NCBI GenBank assembly: GCA_025603075.1
Contig: MU626391.1
Span: forward strand, 1-56,693
DNA: 56,693 nt
Direction of reading: 5' to 3'
Source of the DNA: Neoconidiobolus thromboides FSU 785
Taxonomy: Eukaryota; Fungi; Entomophthoromycota
Shown here: in pieces, positions 12,507 through 24,850 of the stretch
How positions within the stretch are numbered: position 1 is the first letter of the stretch
Layout of the letters: each line of letters opens with the position of its first letter
Program-made: the position numbers and the translations under genes
The notes under the pieces: generated by a model
The model's database searches: none
Told to the model about the DNA's origin: nothing
What the model saw: only the letters and a program-made list of their open reading frames with translations

Positions 12507-13907
12507 ATGTTTCTATTACTATTATTATTCAATTTTTTATCATATAGCTCAATAGAACTTTCACCAAGAGCGGATGATGGCGGATGTATAATAATTCAAA
12601 ATAAGTTATATTATTTAGGTGGAGTTGTTCAACTTCCAAACTTAAACTATATGAAAAATAACACTGAAGTATTTCACTTAGATTTGGAAAAAGGATTTAA
12701 GCTAGTTGATAATATTGCACCATGGAAAAGGAAGGATTCAATTAACTCACCAAAAGAAATGGCAAATGTAAAGTTATTCAAAATAGGAAAGGAAAATAAA
12801 ATAATAGTGAGTTTTTATACAAACAGTATGGAAAGGTTGTACTTCAATTATTATGATATTAATAAAAATGAATGGAATAATGAATATTGGATCAAAGATT
12901 TATTTAATAAAGATCAAATTAAAATGATAAACAAACATGAATACCAGTTATATCCCTTTATTTCACAAGATGATACAAATCCCAAGCAGTTTTATATAAC
13001 CGGTAGACTATTTCTTGATGGTTTGAAAACAATGTTGCCACTTCGGCTAAGCTCATTTAATATTGAGACAAAAAAGATACAGAAAATATATGATCTTTCT
13101 GATAATATTACTATTTACCCCCTCCTTGTTTTGAACAAAAACTTTTATTATTCTGAGATAAGTGGAGGTGGAGGCCCTAAAGGTCCCAATAAAGTCGTAT
13201 TAAACGAGGTAAATTTGCTATCTTTTAAAGTAAAAGCCTATCCTATGAAGCATTTCATAAATCCATATTCAACCTATTTTGTAAAAAATAGCCATCAGGT
13301 TTATTTTGCTGGATTTTCTTATTCACCTACAGAAGAAAAAAAAATTACAGTCTCTGAATTAAAATTCAACCCATTTTCATTAAAAGAGTATACTCCAAAT
13401 ACAAATAACCTTGGCTGCTTTGCCTTTTATAAGGACTTTTTAATTAATTCTTTTGGTAAAAGGATTTTAGCGCCTGGAAGTAACCAACCAGAAGAATCGT
13501 CTGATAAGATTCAAATATTAAATATAACTAATTGGAAAGAAATAGACGGTTTACTATCTTTAGCTAAGGACAATGAAAATAATAAAAGTGTTAATAGTAC
13601 CAATAAGCAAGCAATAGAAACAAAAAATGATGATAATGCTATATTAATAGGTGGTATTATTGGCGGAATTGCAGGGGCTATAGTGTTAACAGCAACTACA
13701 ATATGTATGTTATACAGATATAAACAAAGAAAAGGAAGAGCACCAAGTATGATTTTAGAGCCTATTGTCAATGAACCAACCAATCCTCTAGATATCAATA
13801 GCAACTATAATAGTGCACTATTTAACCATTATCATGAGGTTGATGATGGCAGTAGTGTAGTTCCCGAAAAATCGTACATTAAAAATAAGAGGGGCGAATG
13901 TGATTAA
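12507..13907 (+). CDS. Signal-peptide, Kelch-like single-pass membrane protein (466 aa, intronless)
   Basis: Hydrophobic N-terminus, Kelch-like start (PRADDGGCIIIQNKLYYLGG...W), TM segment GGIIGGIAGAIVLTATTICMLY followed by RYKQRK. Confidence 0.75.
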   Translation: MFLLLLLFNFLSYSSIELSPRADDGGCIIIQNKLYYLGGVVQLPNLNYMKNNTEVFHLDLEKGFKLVDNIAPWKRKDSINSPKEMANVKLFKIGKENKIIVSFYTNSMERLYFNYYDINKNEWNNEYWIKDLFNKDQIKMINKHEYQLYPFISQDDTNPKQFYITGRLFLDGLKTMLPLRLSSFNIETKKIQKIYDLSDNITIYPLLVLNKNFYYSEISGGGGPKGPNKVVLNEVNLLSFKVKAYPMKHFINPYSTYFVKNSHQVYFAGFSYSPTEEKKITVSELKFNPFSLKEYTPNTNNLGCFAFYKDFLINSFGKRILAPGSNQPEESSDKIQILNITNWKEIDGLLSLAKDNENNKSVNSTNKQAIETKNDDNAILIGGIIGGIAGAIVLTATTICMLYRYKQRKGRAPSMILEPIVNEPTNPLDINSNYNSALFNHYHEVDDGSSVVPEKSYIKNKRGECD

Positions 13908-13999
13908 TGAAGCGAAAAAAATTAGGTTAGAATTTGACTATATTGACATCAAAAAAGCAGCATCATATAAATATGTCAATATTTCATAAAGATTTGAAT

Positions 14000-14103
14000 A
14001 TATGAGGATGTATTTTTGTTTAAGAATTTTATTGATAATTTTTCTACTTAAATAGCGCTTAAAAAATAAAAAAGTAATGAAACCAAAAAAAATATCCCCG
14101 TAT
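14000..14103 (-). mobile_element. MITE copy 8
   Basis: ATATGAGGATGTATTTTTG...AGCGCTT...ATATCCCCGTAT. Confidence 0.85.
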
Positions 14104-15104
14104 ATTTCCTTATTAAACATTTGTGATTGTCTTTTTCCTTTCATTTATTTTACATATATATAGCTCAAAATTTATCATAGATTCTATTAATACTAAATAA
14201 CACTTAGATAAATAAATTGTAGACAATTTAAAAGCCAAATAGACCAACCAAAACATTACAAATTTTACAAAGTTTAAATTATAAATATTCTGCTTTTCTA
14301 TACACAAATAGGAACTTTTTTTAAAATTGGGTAAAGACAGTTATGAAAAATAAAAAATAAGTCTATGAAAAAGATATAGATCAAAGATGCAATATGTCAT
14401 CTTTTTTCAAAGTGAGCACTTTGTAAAAATATGAACCAAGTACCTTTCAAGTTTTTACTAAAAGTTAAGTCACATGCAGTAGTAATGTTTTTTAAAGCCT
14501 ATAACAAAGTTGATATACTGTTAATAGCTTCGAAGCTATAGTTAATAAAATAGCTTTTTCAAATGACAACTAATTTAACAAGTTTTAATATTACTATTAT
14601 TAGTAGAGACAAATAAACAGCTTACTATTGGTTGAAAGAAGAGAAAAGCTTAAGTTTATTGGCTATTAATGTGAAATTGGATGTCTCACTAGCTACACTG
14701 TTACGTAAGAATGAATACTAAGCTGCTCCAAGTATAAAAGAAATAGCAAAGAGTCACTTCAACTAAATTAAACTTTAATTATGAAGAAATGGTTTGATTT
14801 CCCAAAGTTAGACTTTGGATTAAGTCCAGAGGCAAGTATTTCATTACCGTATTGATAGTAGTCTCATGATTTTAGTATATTGCACAAACAAGACAATATG
14901 TAAGTAGGTCGTATTCTGCCGCTATTATTGTATCTGGAATTGGAATAGGGTTAGGTAAATTATTATGTGATATCAAAATAGTAAACTTTTCAATAAAACT
15001 AAAAATGATTAGGTTTATTGCTCCATAAATATTCTAATCCAGGAGAAATTAAAGAAAAAGAAAAAGAAAAAGAAATAAAATAAGGGAAATAAGATTTTGT
15101 TTTA

Positions 15105-15819
15105 TTACTTATATAGTTTGAATTCGGCTGGTAAGTTTTGTTCTGAAAACGATATTTGATCACATAAAAAAATTCTTCTTATACAACAGTTAGGATTTAA
15201 AGTTATTTGAATCACTTCTTTGAAATTAGTAATGTAGTATTTTCTAATTAAAGATCGAAGATCTAATACAACTTGGTTCCAACTTGGTTCTAAATCTAAT
15301 TTTAAACATAATATTTCTGGGGTAACCCTTTTTTCTAGCTTAATAAATAAAGATACTTAATTGAATTAGTTAATAGATAACAATATTCTTACTTGAAACG
15401 TTGACACTCTTATTCTTCGTATTCTATTTTTATCATCTAAAGCTTTCACTTCCATACTAAACTCTTTGTTTAAATTTTTTAAAATAATAACTAAGTGTGG
15501 TAAAGATAAACCTAAGCCATTAGCAAAGTTAGCAGGACATTTCAAATGCACTTTTGATAAATCATTCGCAATCAGTTGATGTACTTTAGCATCAATTTCA
15601 GTATCGTGTATTAGACTCAATTCGTAGTCTTTTGAATCGGTAGCCATTAATTGCCATAATTCTAGAGGTTTGGAACTAAATAATTTAATAACTTGTTTAT
15701 TATAGCTTGTTCTCGTTTACCCTTCAGTAAAATATAATGTCAATGGACTATACTAAAATCGTTTAATTTAGATTTTGTACTATTTTTTTAGAATTTACAT
15801 TTTCACATTGTCGAAACAT
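15105..15819 (-). CDS. CFAP20: CFAP20/Bug22 (DUF667) homolog, 4 exons, divergent
   Basis: Spliced MFRQCENYSPLTLYFTEGSKPLELW...CPANFANGLGLSLPHLVIILKNL...LDDKNRIRRIRVSTFQ...WNQVVLDL...NCCIRRIF...LPAEFKLYK* is collinear with the CFAP20 motifs GSKPLQIW, LGIKLPFLV, LDDKNVRRR, WNQI, NCRIRR and LPAEFKLY. Confidence 0.9.
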
Positions 15820-16253
15820 TTTGAGGTTTAAAAGTTGAATAAAAATGTTAATTTTTTTGAAGTTTGATGGATGAAATGCCAAACAAACATAATTTGAAAT
15901 TTATTGAATTGTTTTACATAATTGACAAATATAAAATATAAATTGACGGTTAAAATAAAAATATTTTTAATATATAAAAAAAGGGGGGAAAGAAGAGATA
16001 AGATAAAATGAGGGGCTAAGTTGAAAGAGAATTGGGCTGTCTAAAGTTGGGATGTGTACTACACTTACAATGCTTACTAGTAAAAACAAAACATGAAATT
16101 AAAATGGAATTCTTATTATCAGATAATACAATAATTTTAACATTAAAATAATAATATTAATACGAATAATAATAAATTTATGAAATAAAAGGTGAGATTT
16201 AATGTTTACAATGGTGGAGTATAAACGAATAATAATACAATATTTTAGATACT

Positions 16254-17324
16254 TTAATAATAATACCCTGATAAGTTATTATTATTATTATTTAAATTAT
16301 TATTATATTGTATATTCTCATTAATTCCTGAACTCATATTTAAAACTGACACATCAAATGAACCATTCCTATATGGTTGAAAATTATTTAAGCCATAATA
16401 ACTATTAAATATTGGATTATTAACTTGATGAGGTGTAAATGATTCGTTTAACATGGCAGTGTTATTAGTCGCAGGCATATAATAATTGGAATCTATCACC
16501 ATGGTATTCTTTAATTGAGATTCCAATGGAAAAGAATTACGACGGAAATATTGTTCATCACTTTCCTCAGTAAACACATTTGGAAACCCTGCTGAAAGAG
16601 GGGTGAGACATAGAGGGGTAGTAATGAATCCATTTAAAGGATTATTAGTGTTATCATTAGTACTGTTACTTGATAACAGGGAACTACTTTGCATGTTCAT
16701 CATTGTATTATTGGTCATCATAGTAGTAAACATGGACATATCATGGGTACTATTGCTATTGCTTATGTTTGATTGCAACAAATTTAATGGGGCAGGACAA
16801 CGTTTATTCAACCTTTCTTTATTATCATTTATGGTAACATGGTCGACCTTTTCATTGTTATCTTGAATATCATTTGATGTACTTGGATGGTTATCTTCTT
16901 CAGTTTCATTTTCATTTGAATGAAATTCATGATCAAAGGTCGTGGTTTCTTCTTTAATTCCATTATCAGTCTCTTGTGTAGCATTAGTGTTACTTTTTGA
17001 GTTATTTTTAAGCTTATCTTTTGCTCTCTTATTTTGGAACCAAATCTGCACGGAACGTGGAGTCATGTTAAGCTTGTTAGCTAGGAATTTACGTAGATTT
17101 AAATTGGGTTTGCTTGTTTCTTGATATGTTTTTTCCAATAATTTAAGTTGGCCACGGGATATCTTCTTCCTTTGTTTGACTTCGTTCAAAGGGAATAGAG
17201 TGTTGTACATAAGTGGATCATTTTTAAAGTTAGGTGGCATTGCGTTTGGATAGTAAGGTGAGATCATACCATTGGATTGTATCAACTCATAGCTTGAATT
17301 TGGGTTGAAATAAGAATAATTCAT
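16254..17324 (-). CDS. Homeodomain transcription factor (356 aa, single exon)
   Basis: KQRKKISRGQLKLLEKTY...RSVQIWFQNKRAK, flanked by Asn/Ser-rich low-complexity regions. Confidence 0.9.
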   Translation of the reverse strand: MNYSYFNPNSSYELIQSNGMISPYYPNAMPPNFKNDPLMYNTLFPLNEVKQRKKISRGQLKLLEKTYQETSKPNLNLRKFLANKLNMTPRSVQIWFQNKRAKDKLKNNSKSNTNATQETDNGIKEETTTFDHEFHSNENETEEDNHPSTSNDIQDNNEKVDHVTINDNKERLNKRCPAPLNLLQSNISNSNSTHDMSMFTTMMTNNTMMNMQSSSLLSSNSTNDNTNNPLNGFITTPLCLTPLSAGFPNVFTEESDEQYFRRNSFPLESQLKNTMVIDSNYYMPATNNTAMLNESFTPHQVNNPIFNSYYGLNNFQPYRNGSFDVSVLNMSSGINENIQYNNNLNNNNNNLSGYYY

Positions 17325-19165
17325 GATTTAAATAAAACAAAAAAGGTAAAGAAAAACAAGAGGAAGTATGTAATTTATTATAATTAATAATTGGAAACTA
17401 TTCAATTATAACGTTGATGTACAATGGAAAATGAGTTCAAACTAGATGATTTGGTGATAAATTGATTGTTTAGTCTTTTGATTGTTATCAATAGTTTACA
17501 GTTAGAATATCAACTAAATTTAGCTATTTTATAGATTATATACTATAGAATATAACTAATCTTGAAATAAAGAAAAAAGTAAAGTTCAATTTATTCAGTT
17601 ATTAGTTCAAGTTTATTTTTAAACCAACTGTTACAGGTAATAAATTTTAAAACGTAGTATATTCCAAATCTAAGTTGATGGTGGGTCTAAAATTCTTTGA
17701 TGTTAAATTTCCTATAGGAAATATAATGAGAATTTATTTACTCCAGGTAAAATCCCAGCTTTTTTAAAACCAAAAAAAGTAGTCCCTTAAAAATTATTGG
17801 CTCTTAGTTCGTCTCCCTTTTTTTACTTCCTATAACACAAAGGGAATCTTGTTGATAAATTTTATTTAACCCCTAAAATTAATTTTAATATGAAGATTAT
17901 TAATCAATAGTACATATTGTTTTATAATAGCAATTAAATTGTTAGTATTAAATTTATTATTATGCCTTAAATAAACAACTTTTATTTCTCATTATTGTTA
18001 ATAACTTTTATTATTACTTATTGATATTATTTATTAAAACTAAATGATAATTTTGTACATTTATAATTTTATTTACCCAACCTAAAAATCTAGAAGTGTG
18101 AGATCATTTTAGTAACTGATTTTGATTGGAGGTTGGGTATATAATTGGTAGTTTTATAATTTGCTCATCAATATAAAAATCAATAAAAATAAAAAGTGAT
18201 TGTGGATTAATCATAACGCAATAGTAATGCTTCATTTAACTGATTGCTTTTTACAAATAGTAAGCTCTTATTAATTTATCTTTAACGTTACTTTCCTCCT
18301 GTGCATTTTTTATATTGAATTGAGCTAGACTTTCAATTTATTTTGTAGCTTTTTTTCACATTGGGGTTTTTTAAACTAAAAAGTATGAACTCGAGTTGAT
18401 ATCTTAATTTAAACTGGATTATTGTATTTTTAATTAATCTTTTTAATAGTTAAATTAAAATTAGTAAATCTCACTTTATATGAAATAAAATAATGACAAT
18501 AACAAAAGCAAATATTATCTAATTAGGCTCATTTCCTTTACATTTTCTTTACATTTGCTTTCAAGATAATGATACTAAAAGTTCAAAATTAGTTTTAAGG
18601 TGTTTTATTTGATAGTATAATTGCTAAAGTTCAATTGTATAAGTAGCTAACTGTTCATTTTAAAATAAAAAACTAAGAGTTGAACTACAAGTTATTACAA
18701 TAATCCAAATTATTAGTTATAAAAATTATTATTATCCACTGTGCAATTGAACCTTAAGAGTTATAATCTAGCTCAACTAAAATAAAAATTTTAGTTTACA
18801 AAGATGCTTATAAAACTAAGTTTTTGGTCTCGAATTTTAAACAATTTGGGCCGGAGAATTCATTATTAATTTTGTTATTCTGATTTATTAAATAAATTTT
18901 ATTTAAATCTGAACTATTTTGCTCTGATTTTTATAATCAATTTTCTAATTATTGATTACTTTTTGTGTAAAAAATATTTTAGCTTGGATTTTGCTCAAAG
19001 TTTTGTTTTTTAACTCTTTGAGCATTGAGGATTTCAAGAAAAATGATTGATTAGATTAGTATTTTTGATCTATCTTTTGATTATTGAAAAATAATTTTTG
19101 CTTAGCTAGAACTAATTTGTTAAGTAGCGTTTATGGTTTTATTTTACTCTACAAAAACTTGAAGA

Positions 19166-19271
19166 ATATGGGGATGTATTTTTATGTTTAACAATTTTGC
19201 TGATAAAATTTCCGCTCGAATAGTGCTTAAAGGATCGAAAAAGTAATGAAGCCAAAAAAACATCCCCATAT
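19166..19271 (-). mobile_element. MITE copy 9
   Basis: ATATGGGGATGTATTTTT...CATCCCCATAT. Confidence 0.85.
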
Positions 19272-20292
19272 AACTTGTCCGTGGTATCTAAGTGGTAAAA
19301 TAGGCAACTAAACAGTTCAATTTTAAACCGAAGTCAACATAACATCGTAAGAATATAGAAAAGTTATAACAACAATAATCATTTATAATATTAAAATGTT
19401 TAAAACTATAGATGTTTAAATTAAAAATCTTTATCATAATTCAAGTGGGTATCTTATTATTTTAATAATTTATAAGAATTAAATTATAAATTAAAAACAT
19501 TGAAGGTTTAAATATAATGTTAATTTGGTTCATACTACAACAATGAAACTAAGTCAAGGAGTTACATCCTAGGTCTTCTCTAAATTCTTATCAAACTACC
19601 TTGTCAATTCAAAGGTTTAAAATCGGCATTCAGTATCAACAACAATTTATATTAAGTTATCTTGAATTAGATAAGTGACAAAGAAGCGAGAAAGGATGAG
19701 TTCAAAAATAAGTCAATACTAAAGTCATTTAACGAATTCAATCAATTTAGAAAAACATCACCTAAATTGACTTATGATTTCATTTAACTAAATAATGTTC
19801 ATTGACCTGTTGAAATTTAAGGTAAGACAGAATATAGTGCAATGGTAAATGCTCAAATAGCAAAGGCAAATTCTTAAAATAAGATAGAAATTGAAAGTAC
19901 CTTTTTATATATGAATTAAAAAAACTAGGCTAAATGACCTAAATTAATGATGGGTTTGATTGATTTTTTTTGCACAGTTTGAAAATGGGATGTCCTAGCT
20001 AAAATATAATCAAAAAATTGCTAGCACTCTAAATTTGATTTTAAAAACAATAAATTTGAATTTTTACTAATTTTGAAAAAAACAAAACAACGATAGTTAC
20101 TTAGTATATTATTAAATTAGCTATTGGTATGATTGAGTTTATATAAATATTAATAATGTATAATTTGATATTGTCTACATTTAATAAAAACATCATTAAT
20201 TTAAAGCTTAATATAATATTTAAATTATGAAACAGTGTCTTCAATAAGCATTTGATATTACAAGACAAAAAAGCTTTGAATCAAATTTCAGG

Positions 20293-20399
20293 ATATAGGG
20301 ATGTATCTTTGTATTTGAGAATTTTACTAACAATCTTTCTGCTCAAATAGCACTTAAAAAATAGAAAAAGTAATGAAACCAAAAAAAACACCCCCATAT
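20293..20399 (-). mobile_element. MITE copy 10
   Basis: ATATAGGGATGTATC...CACCCCCATAT. Confidence 0.85.
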
Positions 20400-20740
20400 A
20401 AAGCCAGCACTTTTTTAATTTTTAAATACTGTTTATTTAATATTTTAATAATAAAATAGTTAAATTCTAAGTGTTAAAAATAATGATATTAATTGTTTTT
20501 ATTGAAAATTAGAAAAATGTTAAAACGTTTAGTATAGTTTATAAATAATAATAAAACTATGTAACAATCTTTCAAAGAACTAGTAAACAAAATGGTTAAT
20601 AGAATGACCAAAACTTTAAATATAAAGTAAATGATCTAATAGCCAGTTTATTAAAAAATAATAAAAAAGTTAATAAAAGATTTTATACAAAGCTTGTGAA
20701 TTAAGGCTAATTTTTTTAGACAATAACAATAATATTAAAA

Positions 20741-20818
20741 ATATAAATATAAATATAAATATAAATATAAATATAAATATAAATATAAATATAAATATAA
20801 ATATAAATATAAATATAA
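20741..20818. repeat. (ATATAA)13 hexanucleotide microsatellite
   Basis: Perfect tandem array; it produces the spurious (IY)n and (YL)n ORFs. Confidence 0.97.
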
Positions 20819-21044
20819 ACAAATAAAATATAAATATTTGTTAAAAAAGAGACATTGGGTAAACATAAACAAATCAAAGGAGAAAAGAAGCAATTCAGTT
20901 TGATCAATATACCAACTGAAATTATTAATAATTTTACACTTATAATAAATAGTTTTTTTACTACTTAGGTGCAAGGATTTTTGAATTTCATGTCAAAGAT
21001 AGTACAATGAAATGGAAAATGTCGGCCCTAATGGTATCAAGAGA

Positions 21045-21508
21045 TGTGAAATCTGGTACTCAGGGTTTGGAGTCAAGAACAGCTATTGCTGGGTTGACTA
21101 CGCTATAAGTCGAAAGGTCTTAGTTTATGTGACTAAGATAGACCTGGATTATCAGGAATAGCACGTAATAGGTTACAAGCTATATAAGACAAATAGAATA
21201 GACAATACTAATGTAAAATCTACGTAAAATACTATTAAGAAAACTTGGTAGCTTTATTAAATGTCGGAGATATCAGGGAATAATTCAGTTAAAAAGCCTC
21301 GAACTACTATACTCTGTAAACTCTTTTATACTCTGAAAATTATAAATATCAAAATGAGAAGATAATATTCTTTGGAATGGAGCTAGGAATTCTCATAGCA
21401 AATCAAACTAAGAACGTGGGATTGATTTTCTCTGAACTCAAGAACACAACAGCTTAGGCGATTGTTATGCTATAATTAACCATGGGACTGACAAAGCGAT
21501 ATTTCACA
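21045..21508. mobile_element. Solo LTR, 464 bp
   Basis: GAGA|TGTGAAAT...ATTTCACA|GAGA: TG...CA ends, 8-bp terminal inverted repeat, 4-bp target-site duplication; second copy at 1-459. Confidence 0.9.
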
Positions 21509-22611
21509 GAGAGATCTTAAATATGAATTATTGTCTTTGCTTCGAAAAGTCACAAAAAGTTACAAAAAGCTAGTGATACTAGGCTATTAGTGATATTATA
21601 CTAAAGCTTGTTGATTAAATCAATTAACCTAAAAATAAAGAACAGATAGGTAATTTCAATGTTATTCTTTATATACGTTATAGATAACTACAAATAAAGA
21701 TGGATTTATATGATATATTTTGTTAATGTATTATAATGGCCTAATGGCCTAATGGCTTAACGTCAAATCAACAAGATACACTCTTAACATAATGACTTTA
21801 AAAATGGTATAAATTGTATAATTCAATTTTGAAATTTAATATGGACTCGCTTCTGTAGATTAAATCAAGTAATAAATTATTTAATTTAAATATCTGATCT
21901 GTTCCAAAGGTGCTTTGCTATATTATAAATTTGCTTTATTACTAAAACATATCATATCATGTTATACTATCCTTATTATTCTACTTATTTGTATTTGATA
22001 GAATTCGAATGAATAACTTTGAGGCTAATCGGATTAGTTTGAACACTACTATCATTTTTATCAAAATAAATTGCAATAAGTTTAAAATAAATTATTAGAT
22101 TTTACTATGTTTGATTTTTATTATCTTTCTTTTACAAAAAAACTCTTTAGTTGATAACATAATACATCATCTAGCTGTATCAAATATTTCTAAAATCTAA
22201 TTCTATACTAATTTTATACTAATTTTATACTATAACATATTATGATTATTAACTTACTTTATTTTTAGCAATCAGTTGGATTACCTTGTTTATTGAAGTA
22301 TTTCCTTCTAATATATAAATTTTGAGACCTGAATAAACTTAATAATCAAAGCATGCGTAATTTCAGATAAAACACCATCCAATAGTAAGATTTTTAAAAC
22401 ATCCAACCTAAGGTAAATGAATTAAATGAATTAAATAACAAAACGTAACAAGACTCACACTTATTCTTGTCCAACTAATACAAAATCAAACAAATTACAC
22501 TAACTTCTATGTTACTCTCCTCTTCATAAACAGCCCAAAGTTTATTAACAGTTCCATTGTTTCATTATATCCTGTGCTAAAATCCCAGATTTATTAAAAA
22601 TGTCAAACACC

Positions 22612-22716
22612 ATATGGGAATATATTTTTTCATTTAAGGATTTTATTAATAATCTTTCCACTCAAATAACGCTTAAAAAATGAAAAAGTAATGAAATAAA
22701 AAAAACTTATATTATA
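22612..22716 (-). mobile_element. MITE copy 11, degenerate right end
   Basis: ATATGGGAATATATTTTT...TTCCACTCAAATAACGCTTAAAAAATGAAAAAGTAATGAAA. Confidence 0.75.
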
Positions 22717-23412
22717 TATATAATAGACTATGTATCCATGAATTATTGAGCTTCCCACGTCTCCTGACCAAGCCCTAATAGATACTTTAGTAACAAACAG
22801 ATATATTGCTATAGATACAATGAGACAATTGGGCCCAAACTATAAACAAATTAGCAGTTTATTCGAGGAAGTGATCTTCAAACAGCTATGACTTCTGTCA
22901 AATTAACCACTTTATAAATTTAAAGAATAGTTACCCAAGTAGTAATAACAGTTGGTTTGATACATAGTGAGTACCCTTTTTGATGTATGATTCATCTTTC
23001 ATCCCATATAGTCTACTATTTAACTTTATAAAATAACCTGGATCCTTTAAACGAAGATAAGGTTAAACTTATACAAATGTCATTTGAATGCTTCTTGGTC
23101 TTTAAGGTTAAAAATGAAATATTTTATTTTATTTTGTAAGCTTACAAATTTTTAAAGTGCTTCTGTGACTAAGGTTAATATATAAAATAATCATAAATAT
23201 ATAATCTTATTTCATTTACACAATAAAACATTATGAGTATTTGATCTGAATTTAAATTTCAATATGGTTGGATTTTGATTTGGTTCTAGTCAATAATTAA
23301 GTTCTATTATATGCCTTATATGTAGTTTCTAAAGGTTTTACAAAACTGTAACACTACATTTGGTACTAATAGTTCTAATTATTTGACATTCCAATTTTCT
23401 TGTTGCTGTAAT

Positions 23413-23518
23413 ATATGGGGATGTTTTTTTGTGTTTAAGAATTTTACTAACAATATTTCCACTCAAATAGCGCTTAAAAAATGGAAAAGTAATGAAATCA
23501 AAAAAAACATCCCCATAT
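23413..23518 (-). mobile_element. MITE copy 12, near consensus
   Basis: ATATGGGGATGTTTTTTT...AAAAAAACATCCCCATAT. Confidence 0.9.
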
Positions 23519-23746
23519 ATTAAGTAAGATATTTTATTTTTTGCTTTATTTGATATTATAAACTCATTTATTTCATGTATTTAAATATTAAAGCTTTAAA
23601 TTTTAATAAGATGGTTTTCAAATGATCATGGTGCAGTCACGGTTTATGATATAACAATTTAAGTTAATACACCAAGAATAAATTTTAAGTGTAGATAATG
23701 AGAGAAGTAGCTTAAACATCAGAGAGATACTTTAAATTAGAATAAT

Positions 23747-23852
23747 ATATGGGGCTGTTTTTTTTAGTTTCATTATTTTTCCATTTTTTAAGCACTATTT
23801 ATGTGGAAAAATTGTCAGTAAAATTCTTAAATACAAAAATACATCCCCATAT
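23747..23852 (+). mobile_element. MITE copy 13
   Basis: ATATGGGGCTG...AATACATCCCCATAT. Confidence 0.88.
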
Positions 23853-24179
23853 ATACAACATGGTTCTATCGATTTCTTTAATTTAACTCAAGGTTTAATC
23901 AAAATCTACATTTAAAAAATAAAAAAATACCACTATATAAAAAATTCCTTTAAAAAATTTAGTTGCTTTTGAGAAACAATATTTACAAACTGAAAAATCT
24001 ATTAAAACAGTAGGTAAGAGCTTTATTTTTGATAGGCTTGAGAGCTTCGTTATATGTTAATAAGTAAATAGCTGTTAACCCAAGTTTCAAGTTTAGAAGA
24101 CCTTCTAGCTATCAAAGCAGAAGCATTTTAACTATAATTCAAAATAAGCTATTCTCTATCTCAATACTGAAATTTAAAT

Positions 24180-24850
24180 TTCGAATTAAATGCCAAAAAA
24201 CAAATAACAGAAAAGAATTAAAAGCAAAAGTTAGTGATAGCCAAAAGCCCAATAAAACTAGTGATGAGGTTAAATAACGTTCAATAGAGCTAGTAGTAAA
24301 GCAAGGGAACTCAACTAAAGAAGCGGCGAAGGAATTGTTAGTCAATCCTAAACTTCGCAATAACATTATTTACTAAAGGAAAAGGTGTTTGAAAAAGACT
24401 TTAAGTTCAGGTGATTTAAAACTAAAAGATAATAAAGTAAAAGAGCTTAGTATCAAACCTAGCAACAAAATAAATAAGAAGCAAAAAGAGGGTTTATTAG
24501 AACTAATGACTGAGTATGGAGTACCTATAAAATATACACCATAAGTCAATATCATCTATAGCCTTGCTTGTAAGATCATTAATCGAAAAAGAAAACAGCT
24601 AACAAAGATTGTAAATTTTAAAATAAAATGTTAAGGCTATCTCTTAAAAATTATTATCGAAGGACCTAAAAAAATCAGTAAAGCAGATAAAAAAAACATA
24701 TTAAACACGATAATCATTAAACAAGAGTCAACCGAAAATACCACTTCTGAGTTGAATATCACATAATATTGTAAAAAAGACTGTTTATAAAGGAAAAGGA
24801 TGTTTAATTGATGGTATAAAAGAAGCAATAATTAAGTTAAAGGAAGGTAG
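24180..24850 (+). pseudogene. Decayed Lys-rich ORF with HTH-like segments, possible transposase relic
   Basis: Stop-interrupted KTSDEVK*RSIELVVKQGNSTKEAAKELLVNP, plus similar downstream segments (KINKKQKEGLLELMTEYG; KISKADKKNILNTII). Confidence 0.3.

Noticed and set aside
13511-13804. Minus-strand hydrophobic ORF
   Set aside because: Antisense to the Kelch gene's TM region.
15281-15302. 11-bp direct repeat inside CFAP20 (AACCAAGTTG[G/T])
   Set aside because: Both copies encode ordinary in-frame residues (EPSWNQV); most likely chance.
16603-17124. Two plus-strand ORFs
   Set aside because: Antisense to the homeobox gene.
19550-20000. PVEI*GKTEYSAMVNAQ...GLIDFF, vaguely like a retroviral aspartic protease
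   Set aside because: No D[ST]G motif and many stops; too weak to call.
20716-20974. ORFs with (IY)n and (YL)n
   Set aside because: Translation of the ATATAA microsatellite.
21734-21757. (TAATGGCC)x3 short tandem repeat
   Set aside because: Too short, with no spacers; probable slippage, not CRISPR or telomeric.
24139-24828. Three hydrophobic minus-strand ORFs
   Set aside because: Reverse complement of an A-rich plus-strand relic; F/L bias comes from composition.
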